A stretch of 59,429 nt of DNA, filler included, from a bacterium (GTDB lineage Bacteria; JAJRZV01): the NCBI GenBank assembly GCA_024275095.1. It is 3 parts of 3 records of this genome, joined end to end, with 100 filler letters (N's around TTAATTAATTAA, not from the genome) between each part and the next. Parts side by side here need not be neighbours in the genome. Positions count along the whole stretch, not along the records: positions 1 to 30,970 come from JAJRZV010000030.1; 2 more parts are not named here. One strand, given 5' to 3'. The stretch's first letter is position 1; each line of letters begins with the position of its first letter. This document shows, piece by piece, positions 10,569 through 19,354 of this stretch. The notes beneath the pieces are model-generated. The model did not search any database and was not told the origin of the DNA. It saw nothing but the letters and a program-made list of their open reading frames with translations. The translations under genes were made by a program, and so were the position numbers.

Positions 10569-11096
10569 CTATCGTAAAAAGTTTTTTATTGTGCTCCAGA
10601 GAGAATGAAAAAATGCCACAGCTTCAGGGTCTTTAACTTTTCTTGTGAGCAGATATTTACCCACTCCCACCTGCGCAAGCACATACTTACCCGCAGCAAA
10701 CTGTCCGATAGCCACGAGTCCGATTGCAAATTGACCCACAGCAAAATACACGGCTCCTGCGAATTGAGCCACAACCAGCGTGCCGAGCATAAACTGACCA
10801 AACCCGAATACAATCCCTATTCCAAATTGGGCTACGGTGAAAACCCCGATGGCGAACTGACCAATAGCGATAACTCCCCTGGCAACCAGTAACTTTCCCG
10901 TTTGTTTATTCCTGCCTATGGCAATGTGAACCAGCGGAATCCCCCAAAACTCAATTTTGCTGCGTCGTTCAAATCCCCAGTATACACGCGATGCAGCAGG
11001 GGATTCTGAAGGTTGAGACAGGGGGGTCCTGCACACAGGACAAACAGTTACATCTTCACCTTCTACACGCCGTCCACATGCCGGACACGATTGCAT
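10569..11096 (-). CDS. Hypothetical membrane protein: N-terminal Zn ribbon plus Gly-rich [GA]QF repeats
   Basis: CPACG...CPVC, WGIPLVHIA, then about seven 10-11 aa units containing GQF/AQF/AQV. Confidence 0.7.
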   Translation of the reverse strand: MQSCPACGRRVEGEDVTVCPVCRTPLSQPSESPAASRVYWGFERRSKIEFWGIPLVHIAIGRNKQTGKLLVARGVIAIGQFAIGVFTVAQFGIGIVFGFGQFMLGTLVVAQFAGAVYFAVGQFAIGLVAIGQFAAGKYVLAQVGVGKYLLTRKVKDPEAVAFFHSLWSTIKNFLR

Positions 11097-11169
11097 GTGA
11101 AGATTTTATCTTTAGAGCACTACCTGTTGAATAAAAAAATCAGCTGCCGGGAGGAAGGCAAAAAACGTG

Positions 11170-11883
11170 TTAACGTTTATGCAAACCGCATTCTTTCTTT
11201 TCAGGTTCTTCCCACCACCATCTTCCCGCCCTGATATCCTCTCCTGGTTCCACAGCCCGCGTGCACGGGGCACAACCGATGGATGGATAGTTTTTATCGT
11301 GCAACCTGTTGTACGGTACTTCATTGGAACGAATGTACTTCCATACCTGTTCCGTAGTCCAGTCGGCAAGAGGGTTGACTTTTACGATTCTTCCGTTTGC
11401 TTCGTCTATTTCCACTTTTTCCACCCCGAGGCGGGTTACAGATTGCTCCCTTCTCAGTCCACAAATCCAGGCATCAAGTTCCCTGAGTTTTTCCTGCAGG
11501 GGTTCAACCTTTCTCACCTGGCAACACAGCTTCCTGAGTTCCACGCTTTTGTAGAACAGGTTAAAACCGTGCTGTTGCACCATCTCCCTCACTTTTTCTT
11601 TATCAGGAAAACACACTTCAATTTTTACACCATACTTTTCACGAATTTCGTCCATAACATCGTATGTCTCCTGGGGAAGTCTTCCGGTGTCGAGTGTGAA
11701 CACCCTCACGCGGGGGTTTATATTCACTGCCATGTGTATGAGCACCACATCTTCAGCACCAAAGCTGGATGCAACGGCAACCCGATCTTCATAGGTCTCA
11801 AGCGCCCACTGGATAACTTCTTGAGGAGATGCGGTTTCAAACCTCTTTTGAAGTTCGAGAATTTCTGCTCGTGGATCTTTCAT
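11170..11883 (-). CDS. cysH: APS/PAPS reductase, [4Fe-4S] APS-type (start set at ATG 11883 after GGAGG)
   Basis: SSFGAED, LDTGRL, LCCQVRKVEPL, GLRREQS, SIGCAPCT, RAGRW, C-terminal ECGLH. Confidence 0.95.
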   Translation of the reverse strand: MKDPRAEILELQKRFETASPQEVIQWALETYEDRVAVASSFGAEDVVLIHMAVNINPRVRVFTLDTGRLPQETYDVMDEIREKYGVKIEVCFPDKEKVREMVQQHGFNLFYKSVELRKLCCQVRKVEPLQEKLRELDAWICGLRREQSVTRLGVEKVEIDEANGRIVKVNPLADWTTEQVWKYIRSNEVPYNRLHDKNYPSIGCAPCTRAVEPGEDIRAGRWWWEEPEKKECGLHKR

Positions 11884-12153
11884 TGCAAACCTCCTGCACG
11901 TATTTGAACGGTTGTAAAGTTTAGCAAAAAAGTAAAGAATTTGGCAAGCCTGCAAAAAGTTCCTTAACGCATCAGGTTCAAAAAACTTTGTTTTTCAAGA
12001 AATTAAACCGCACAACACACTGTTTCCACAACTCTCGTAAAACAAGACCAGATCGTACACCCGCATTATAGTATAGTTGTTTACTAAAGAATTGTTCAAA
12101 TCTTTTCCTGCGGTAAACACGAAATCAAGTGTAAAAAAGGTTTTATGATACAC

Positions 12154-12230
12154 CCTGGCGCCGCATCTAACCCGCCACCTACGATGCCACCATCGGCGCT
12201 GGAGAGCTTAACGGCGATGGCCGCAACAGG
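12154..12230 (-). pseudogene. Degenerate 5S rRNA-like remnant with internal deletion
   Basis: Minus strand reads CCTGTTGCGGCCATC-GCCGTTAAGCTCTCCAGCGCCGATGGT-...-GCGGCGCCAGG. This resembles the 5' end, conserved central block and 3' end of 5S rRNA as recalled, but is only 77 nt; the CCCGTTCCCATTCCGAAC-type segment is absent. Confidence 0.6.
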
Positions 12231-12317
12231 AAAACCGGTATTACTCCTTCGCTGCGGGCACCGGTGGAATTCACTCCAACATACCCACCGCCCGTAAAGC
12301 CTCAGCATTGAACCCCG

Positions 12318-12346
12318 AATGTCCAATGTTGAGACCAGACCCCGAA
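12318..12346 (+). repeat. 29-bp dispersed repeat, copy 2, REP-like
   Basis: Exact match to 40-68. Confidence 0.9.
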
Positions 12347-12356
12347 ATTCTGAGCA

Positions 12357-13208
12357 ATGAACTTGATTTTCAGCCCGGGAGATATTTATGATGGGCGGGA
12401 CGTGAAGAAGGTGATGGTGGAAGAAATATTCTCCTGTGCTTCTTTTAAAATCTGGCGCGTAAAGGGCATATTTCAAAACACTTATATCGTGGGCAAAAAA
12501 CGTTTCTTCGTGGTTGATCCGGGAGTTCCCTCATCTGCGGGGCTCATCAAAAAATTTCTCGAGGATACGAAACTACCATTTGAGTCTCTTCACACTGTCA
12601 TAGCCACGCATTTTCACATGGATCATATCGGAGGAATTAAAACGTTATTTTCATTTTGTGATCCTCTCGTTGCGCTTCACACACAGGTCCGACGCTACAT
12701 CAACCACAACGAACCCCAGCAATTCCCACCACTGTCCGGATTTCTCAAATTATGGCCCCTTGTTCCCGCGCTTGAATGGCATCACATGGGAGTGAGAGAC
12801 CTGAGTATACTATTCATGCCCGGCAGTCCTTACAGGCCTGACAAGAGTAAAAATGCACTCGATTTCAACGTGGACGTATTTTTAAAAGATGGTGCTCGTG
12901 TACCTGGATTTAACAAATGGCAAATTATTCACACACCCGGCCATTCTTTCGACAGCCTGTGCGTGTACAATTCTGAACACGGCATACTTTTCACAGGCGA
13001 TACAATCCTCACCACATACCGCGGTGAGCCATTTGCCAACCCGTTCCACGTGGACGAAAGTGCATTGAAGAAATCCCTGGAAAGGTTAACAAGACTCAAG
13101 GTCAGCTTTCTGCTTCCGGGTCACAGCATCCCTGTAAAAAATCCAAATATGCTCCGGATTCTCAACGCATTCACACACGGGAATTTCAACAAGTTCGTCA
13201 GTGATTAA
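12357..13208 (+). CDS. Metallo-beta-lactamase-fold hydrolase
   Basis: VDPG, THFHMDHIGG (HxHxDH), HTPGHS, LFTGD, LPGH. Confidence 0.9.
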   Translation: MNLIFSPGDIYDGRDVKKVMVEEIFSCASFKIWRVKGIFQNTYIVGKKRFFVVDPGVPSSAGLIKKFLEDTKLPFESLHTVIATHFHMDHIGGIKTLFSFCDPLVALHTQVRRYINHNEPQQFPPLSGFLKLWPLVPALEWHHMGVRDLSILFMPGSPYRPDKSKNALDFNVDVFLKDGARVPGFNKWQIIHTPGHSFDSLCVYNSEHGILFTGDTILTTYRGEPFANPFHVDESALKKSLERLTRLKVSFLLPGHSIPVKNPNMLRILNAFTHGNFNKFVSD

Positions 13209-13218
13209 GGAGAAGCGT

Positions 13219-14417
13219 ATGGCTAAAGCCGGGACGAAAGAAATAATGCTCAATATCACCTCTGGTATTTGTATCCATATTCATTGTACTGTGTGTTTTA
13301 GAGGCTGGGCTTCGAATATTTCGATCAGAACCTCGAGCATGTACACTCAAATTCGAACCTGATCCCTGCTTATGAAATATGAAAAAGGCAGTACCCGGAA
13401 AATGCAGGGTGGACAGGCTGGGATTTCGCAACCGGGGAGTTCCCGCCCGGGCTGACATTGTCGTTATTGGAGACTCACAGTCCTTGGGGTGGGGAGTGCC
13501 ACTGGAAAAAAACTTTCCACAGGTGATCTCACACATCACCGGTTTATCCGTTTATTCCCTGGCCATGGCAGGATACGGTTCTGTCCATTACTACCATCTA
13601 TCTCTTAAAAAAACTGGAGTTCAACCCTAAGATTGTGGTGGTTTGCTTTTGCACGGGAAACGACCTGGTGGATGCTTACAGATTGGTCAAAAACATCCCT
13701 CAATGGCGGGATTTGTTCGGACTACATGAGCTTTCATACCCGGAATATGAAGCAAGCCGAAAGAACTTTCAGATTGTTTTAAGGCATTACGTTCCCAGAA
13801 CGTTTCAACGCAAGCTACTGTATGTGCTGAGTGCCCATTCAGCTCTTGTTCGATTTGTACGCTCAAAAATAGAGAGCCTGATCAAAGGAAAATTCACCCA
13901 TATAAACCGGCATTACTATAAAACCCTGAATCAAAAATTTGGAGAATTTGTTTTTGTACCTTATGAGGATGATAACGTCTGCACTGTTTTCACACCTGCC
14001 TACCGGCTGAGCACATTTAACCTGAACGAGCCGGCTATAAGGGAAGGCCTTCGCATTACCTTAACAGCGATCGAAGCAATGGCGCGCCTGGCCCGTTCAA
14101 ACGGGATTAAATTTTTGCTTGTCATTATTCCCACCAAGGAAGGTATTTATACCCCTTACGTAATACAGCACGACTCCTACGGGAAAGAGATCCTTATCAG
14201 AACATCCAACATGGAAGAAAGGGTGCGCAAAGCAGTCGTTGAAAAATGCCTTGCAAACGGGATTAACTGCGAAGACCTCACGCCTTACCCCAGGGCTCAG
14301 GCGGCAAAAGGGCTGCAATTATATCCTCCCAACACTGACGGGCATCCCAATGCCCTGGGCCACCGCATCATCGGTGAAAAAATCGCAGAAATAGTGAAGC
14401 GCCTGGTGAACCGATAA
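13219..14417 (+). pseudogene. SGNH/GDSL hydrolase (AlgJ/AlgX-like) pseudogene
   Basis: AAGGAG then ATG 13219. Reconstructed protein: TM anchor, LGFRN, IGDSQ, AGYG, GNDL, DGHPNALGH. Broken by a frameshift near 13260, TGA at 13373-13375 and a frameshift in the A7 run 13607-13613. Confidence 0.8.
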
Positions 14418-14429
14418 ACTCGTAGACCT

Positions 14430-15599
14430 TCAGAAATACCCCTTCACTTCCACGAAGGCGGTATCAAATGCATCTATGGCACCAAAAACCGTGGCTCTAT
14501 CACCATCAAACACCACAGTACCTGCAGAGAAAGAAATCGCATCAACAGGCCTGAATTCGAGTATCGGCATGACGAAAAGGCTGTATTTATCCACTCCTGC
14601 GTCCACTGTGGTTCTTATGCGAAGCATGTCAGAAAAAAGCCTCACGTCTCCCGTAAAAACAAGTCGGTGTTCCGGAAATACAAATGCAGGAGACGCTTCA
14701 TTCCAGTTCTTCCAGAAACGATACTGTAGAGAAAGTTTAGAGTTTTCGGTGAGCATCCAGGCGGCTTCTACTGCTGCATCCACACGATATGGATTGTTTC
14801 TGCCGAACCATTTATCCTGTTCCATCACCTGCGCCAGTAATTCCCACCGCAGTGACCACCTGCCGCTTACCCACACGCCGTCGGTGGTAAATGCCGCAAC
14901 CCGCCGGGTGTAATCAAAACCCATGCCCTCAGGTGAAAAAACAGGCAAGCCGTCCTTGTCATGAATGAGAAGAACCCCCGCTGAAAAATCCACGGTTTTC
15001 ACAGGCCACATCACTTTGAGGGCACCTTCCAGGGCCTTGGCTTCAGGTTCCACCTGCACGGCGGTCAACCCCGGCCCGTACCTGTTCCCTGCGGCGCTAT
15101 AAAAGCAAATTCCTTCCACGGTGACATCGCCCAAATAAAAATCAAGTTTTACTGCAGGTACAGATACGCGGTAATCCTCTATTTCCGGTCCCATTCCTGC
15201 AAAATTCCACGGGGCAAGCACGTCTGTCGGAGGAAGCCAGGATGTGGTTCCCCAGAAAACAAACTGCTTTCCCACACGAAGGTCCACCAGAGTTGTATAA
15301 AGGTCTACGTAAATTTCAAAGGGGTTAATAAAAAGAACATCTTTACTCAGCATACCAAAGTCATAATCAATATCCACAGCAAACTTCGCCCTGACCTGAT
15401 TGTAAGAAGCGTCGCCGTTTACCTGGAGACGCACTCCCAGACGTGAGAATTCACCTGCTTCATGTGTGCGCCCGGAAACTGTAAACCAGTATGCGCTGGT
15501 TTTGGCATAACCGGAAAGGGAAAGTTCCGCGAATGCAGGTGACACCGCAACCGGGAGCAGGCAAACCCCAGTAAAAATTGTTCTACCGAGCCGCCTCAT
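14430..15599 (-). CDS. Predicted outer-membrane beta-barrel protein
   Basis: Signal peptide; DLRVGKQFVFWG; alternating amphipathic strands; C-terminal VEVKGYF. Confidence 0.7.
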   Translation of the reverse strand: MRRLGRTIFTGVCLLPVAVSPAFAELSLSGYAKTSAYWFTVSGRTHEAGEFSRLGVRLQVNGDASYNQVRAKFAVDIDYDFGMLSKDVLFINPFEIYVDLYTTLVDLRVGKQFVFWGTTSWLPPTDVLAPWNFAGMGPEIEDYRVSVPAVKLDFYLGDVTVEGICFYSAAGNRYGPGLTAVQVEPEAKALEGALKVMWPVKTVDFSAGVLLIHDKDGLPVFSPEGMGFDYTRRVAAFTTDGVWVSGRWSLRWELLAQVMEQDKWFGRNNPYRVDAAVEAAWMLTENSKLSLQYRFWKNWNEASPAFVFPEHRLVFTGDVRLFSDMLRIRTTVDAGVDKYSLFVMPILEFRPVDAISFSAGTVVFDGDRATVFGAIDAFDTAFVEVKGYF

Positions 15600-16363
15600 C
15601 GCCTTCTCAGTGCCCGTACAGTAAGCAATTTATCCGGCACACCTGTGTTAACCTCGAGACCCACGAAGCGAATGCGACTGCGATGGGCAGTGACAAGATT
15701 CTTCATTTCAAAATCCACCGCAATAACTGAGCCATCATCAAGGCGGTGAAACTCGTTGAGTTTATATTCTTTGAATTTAACACCTGCACGATTGTAGTAA
15801 TACGCGTGCCAGATGAGAAATATGTCCTTACGTATTTCGTATTCAATCTTTGAATAACCGGTTTCTTTTTCCACTTTCCTGTTTGCCGGTAATGCTTCCA
15901 CGACATACACATCCTGTCCTTCTCGTTCTTCCTCTCCTTTAAGCTGAAACGTCCAGTCTCGAAGTTTTACGCCGCCAATGTCGTAATACGAAAAATCGGA
16001 CGACATAAAACTACCCCCTTTCCCACTCGCTTCTATCCGGCGAACGACGCGCATGGCTGGAAGATATAAATAACGCTCATCGTCACCTTCTTTTCTTTCT
16101 ATGAGGAGAAAGGCCATCCCTTTTACCTCTGGAGGAGCCTTGAGTATCATGATCATTCGTGATAGGTCTGCCTCATATCTTTTTGTGTAAAAATCCATTT
16201 CGCGTTTCTTGACCTCTCCGGACGAACTTACAAGTGTCAGTTCAATTGCTCCCTTAAGGTCGTGCCAGCGCCCGGCATTCACAACCCTTTCCATGATTTC
16301 ATATCCTGTCAGTTGTGTTGCGGCAGTAAAAATTACCACCATTGAAACAAACGCACTGTACAT
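15596..16363 (-). CDS. Outer-membrane lipoprotein-sorting (LolA-like) protein
   Basis: PPEVKGMAFL, YLYLPAMRVVRRI, FMSSDFSYYD signature. Confidence 0.85.
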   Translation of the reverse strand: MYSAFVSMVVIFTAATQLTGYEIMERVVNAGRWHDLKGAIELTLVSSSGEVKKREMDFYTKRYEADLSRMIMILKAPPEVKGMAFLLIERKEGDDERYLYLPAMRVVRRIEASGKGGSFMSSDFSYYDIGGVKLRDWTFQLKGEEEREGQDVYVVEALPANRKVEKETGYSKIEYEIRKDIFLIWHAYYYNRAGVKFKEYKLNEFHRLDDGSVIAVDFEMKNLVTAHRSRIRFVGLEVNTGVPDKLLTVRALRRR

Positions 16364-18679
16364 TTATTCACCTCCCTTCTGATTGATCAGGGGCAAGATG
16401 AGGAGGGCCCCTGTACACGTGGTGACCATGGCCAGTGCTATAAGAAATCCCATAATGGCGACACTGACAAACGTGGAAAAAACCATCACTGAAAAGCCGA
16501 GCCCCGTGGCAAGGGCATTCATTGAAATGGGTCTCGCCACGACCTCGAGGGTTTCTCTGACGGCGCTCTTATCATCGAGCTTCCAGGCACGAAGCGTTCG
16601 CAGGCGGAAGAGATAGTGGATGGCGTAGTCCACACCTACCCCAATGGCGATGTTGGTTGTAACCATCGTCATGAGATTGACGGGAATTTTCAGTACACCC
16701 ATCAAACCAAAATTGACAAACAGCGCAAAAATGAGCGGAACAATGCTCAGAAGGCCATACCGCAGCGATCGAAACAATATAAGATTGAGAATAAAAATGA
16801 TGCTCAGCGATGCCACCAGGGAAACCTTCTGGCCTCTCACAACGAGATCATTCACTGCCAGAACCACCTCTGACATTCCATCGAGCAGAAAGGTGAGCCC
16901 CTGCATGTGCCCTTCCAGGTAATTCAACACCTTCTTTCTCACGCCCGAAAGTACACTTCCTGCTTCTGTATCCAGGAACGCAATAATTCTGGCATTGGCA
17001 CGCCTGTAATCCAGGCTCGCCGCTACTTCCTCACCCCTTCCGGACATCTCGTAAAGCTCCAGGTATTGAGCGATCAGTTCTTTACCTTCTATTGAAACCT
17101 CCTTCCCGGTTGCTTCATCCACCACTTTTTCCACCTGCCGGGGTATCTCCTCCTTTCCTGTAAACACACGGTTCATTAAGGCAACAAGGTCAGCATAGGA
17201 AAACGCCTCGTTTACGTGTGGAATGCTTCTGAGAAATTTCTCAAATTCATAAATGCGCCTGACCACATCAGGCTCCAGCATCTGCCCGTCACTGCCTGAA
17301 ACCATTATGGACAGGGACACGCTGCCTGCAAAGATACGGTTTACCACCTCCATGGTCTGACGCACGTTAGAGCTCTTCCTGAAATTTTCCAGGGAATTAA
17401 ACTCTGCATGAATGCGCGTGTAACCCCACGCCAAGAACATCATGAACAATACGAAAAGTGCGATAGTATATTTTCTCCACCGGCTTACCGCCAGCCAGAC
17501 AAAAGAGTGCAGATTCTGACCAAGTCCGGCGGAAGCATCCTGCAATCTTCGCGGCCTGCCAAGAAGTACCAGTGCCGAAGGGAGGAGTGTAAGTGTAATA
17601 ATCAGGGCGTAAAAAACACCGAGAGACGTAAAAACCGCCAGCTCCCCCAGGGACCGTATCCCCGATGTAAGCAATGCGAGAAACCCTCCCATGGTGGTGA
17701 ACGAGGTGAAAATGACGGGCAAATTCAGCTCTTTCAATGAAAACCTCACAGCCTCGCCATTTTCCTTTCCCGTGCGCAAGGCCGAAAAGTATCGGCTCAA
17801 TAAATGTATGGAATCAGCAAGCCCGATGGAAAAAAGCAAAATGGGCATGATGTTCGTCGAGTGGGATATGGGATGGTGAATAGATGCCATTGTTCCCAGG
17901 GTCCACACGATGGTAAATGCAACGACTGCGAAAGGCAGGAATATGCCCCGCGGTGTCCGGAATGTGAGGTACAGAATAACAAACGCGATGATCACGGCCA
18001 CAGTGGTGAGAATTCCCATATCCCTGGCCATGCCCTTGCCCAGGTGGTAGTTAATTACAGGGCGTCCTGCTGCACCGAACCAGAACTTTCTATGAATTTC
18101 TTTTTCCACGGTATTGAGCACGGCCTCGGCTCCCTCTTCAGGCCGCACCCCCTTCCTGAGGAACACCATAATCCCGGCGTACATCTCGTCAGATGAAACA
18201 AGATTCTCTTTCAGCGGAATTTCCTGGTTGAAGACCCGCCGAAACTCCTGCATGTTATCCGGAACCGGAGGTACCACCTCCACCATGGGCTTTATTGAGA
18301 TAACTCCTTCACTTGACGAAATCACCCTGGCGTTCGCAGGACTCACGGCCGAGTAAACCTGGGGAAGCTCCTCGATGTGTTTTGTCAGTTTATCGAGTTC
18401 ATCAATGAAATCTGCTGAAAACACACCATCGGGACTCTTGATCACAACTAACATAAAATCTCTCGAGGGGAACAATTTTCCCATGAGGTCATAGGCTTTT
18501 TTCGCAGGTACCCATTTGGGAAGGGCCTCTGATATATCAGGCTCCATGTGGAGCAGGCGAAGCTGGAAGGCGAAAAGTGCCGTTACACCCAGAATAACAG
18601 CCGCCGTCAGCCGCGGATAATTCACAAATACCAACAGGAAGCGCTGCAGCAGGTTACCTGAATATTGCCCTGATTGCAT
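16364..18679 (-). CDS. MMPL/RND family transporter (start set at ATG 18679)
   Basis: Two TM repeats with GLADSIH and GVGVDYAIH, TSFTTMGGF; two periplasmic domains. Confidence 0.9.
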   Translation of the reverse strand: MQSGQYSGNLLQRFLLVFVNYPRLTAAVILGVTALFAFQLRLLHMEPDISEALPKWVPAKKAYDLMGKLFPSRDFMLVVIKSPDGVFSADFIDELDKLTKHIEELPQVYSAVSPANARVISSSEGVISIKPMVEVVPPVPDNMQEFRRVFNQEIPLKENLVSSDEMYAGIMVFLRKGVRPEEGAEAVLNTVEKEIHRKFWFGAAGRPVINYHLGKGMARDMGILTTVAVIIAFVILYLTFRTPRGIFLPFAVVAFTIVWTLGTMASIHHPISHSTNIMPILLFSIGLADSIHLLSRYFSALRTGKENGEAVRFSLKELNLPVIFTSFTTMGGFLALLTSGIRSLGELAVFTSLGVFYALIITLTLLPSALVLLGRPRRLQDASAGLGQNLHSFVWLAVSRWRKYTIALFVLFMMFLAWGYTRIHAEFNSLENFRKSSNVRQTMEVVNRIFAGSVSLSIMVSGSDGQMLEPDVVRRIYEFEKFLRSIPHVNEAFSYADLVALMNRVFTGKEEIPRQVEKVVDEATGKEVSIEGKELIAQYLELYEMSGRGEEVAASLDYRRANARIIAFLDTEAGSVLSGVRKKVLNYLEGHMQGLTFLLDGMSEVVLAVNDLVVRGQKVSLVASLSIIFILNLILFRSLRYGLLSIVPLIFALFVNFGLMGVLKIPVNLMTMVTTNIAIGVGVDYAIHYLFRLRTLRAWKLDDKSAVRETLEVVARPISMNALATGLGFSVMVFSTFVSVAIMGFLIALAMVTTCTGALLILPLINQKGGE

Positions 18680-19256
18680 TTTTACCTTTTTCCTCCAGGA
18701 GCTTAACTTCCTTCTTGTCTTTTCTCGTGAGATACGACATGCAGATCCCGAGAAAAATGCTCCACACCATAAACAGCATCCAGTAAACCTTTTCTTCCTC
18801 CCAGCCAACGGTTTCCTTCCACTTCTCCTGGTACCGGGTGTCAAAATAGCGATTAAGTTTCCTGGAAACCTTTGCTGGTGCACTACCAAACCTCAAAGGA
18901 AGGTATATTCGAAAGAAGTCAGGATTCCTCAGCAAAAAATCGCACGACTTTTCCAGAATGTAAGCCCCTGCCTCGGCCATTTTCATATCTTTAAGGTTCG
19001 TCCCGGAAAGAGTAGAGAAAAATTCTCCTACATGCTTTTCCAGCACACGCAGAAGTATTTCCTCCTTGTTCGCGAAATAATACAAAATTCCGGATTTCAC
19101 AAGCCCCACCTCTCTAGCTATGTCCTGGAGAGTAGTCCCCTCGTAGCCCTGCTTGCCAAACAAACGGTACGCTGCATCCAGAATGCGCTGCTCCACCTGT
19201 TCTTTTTTCACCCGGACACGCAGAGCAATTTTTCTATTGGAACCAGATTTTCTCAT
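18654..19256 (-). CDS. TetR/AcrR family regulator
   Basis: ILDAAYRLFGKQGYEGTTLQDIAREVGLVKSGILYYFANKEEI helix-turn-helix. Confidence 0.92.
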   Translation of the reverse strand: MRKSGSNRKIALRVRVKKEQVEQRILDAAYRLFGKQGYEGTTLQDIAREVGLVKSGILYYFANKEEILLRVLEKHVGEFFSTLSGTNLKDMKMAEAGAYILEKSCDFLLRNPDFFRIYLPLRFGSAPAKVSRKLNRYFDTRYQEKWKETVGWEEEKVYWMLFMVWSIFLGICMSYLTRKDKKEVKLLEEKGKNAIRAIFR

Positions 19257-19258
19257 TT

Positions 19259-19291
19259 TTGACCCATGTTCAATTTTTGACCCTTGTTCAA
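19259..19291. promoter_or_regulatory. Tandem quasi-palindromic operators, probably for the TetR protein
   Basis: TTGACCCATGTTCAA (19259-19273) and TTGACCCTTGTTCAA (19277-19291), each TTGA-N7-TCAA. They lie just upstream of the tetR ATG and next to a minus-strand TTGACA (19301-19296). Confidence 0.7.
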
Positions 19292-19315
19292 ATTATGTCA
19301 AGTGAAAATGGACGC

Positions 19316-19347
19316 TTGACATTTTACCCATACCATGGCTATGGTAA
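19316..19347 (+). promoter_or_regulatory. Copper-cluster promoter with overlapping palindrome (CsoR-like)
   Basis: TTGACA (19316-19321) - 18 bp - TATGGT (19340-19345), overlapped by TTACC-N4-CCATGG-N4-GGTAA (19324-19347). Confidence 0.55.
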
Positions 19348-19354
19348 TGTTTAG

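Noticed and set aside
9131-11907. Long antisense ORFs (9131-9916, 11167-11907; likewise 27842-28447, 49480-50184, 52852-53481)
   Set aside because: They are shadows of well-supported genes on the opposite strand and show no recognisable motifs.
13373-13375. Selenocysteine recoding of the in-frame TGA (also considered for the ychF TGA at 55816)
   Set aside because: Neither position corresponds to a catalytic Cys, no SECIS-like hairpin is evident, and the SGNH gene also has frameshifts.
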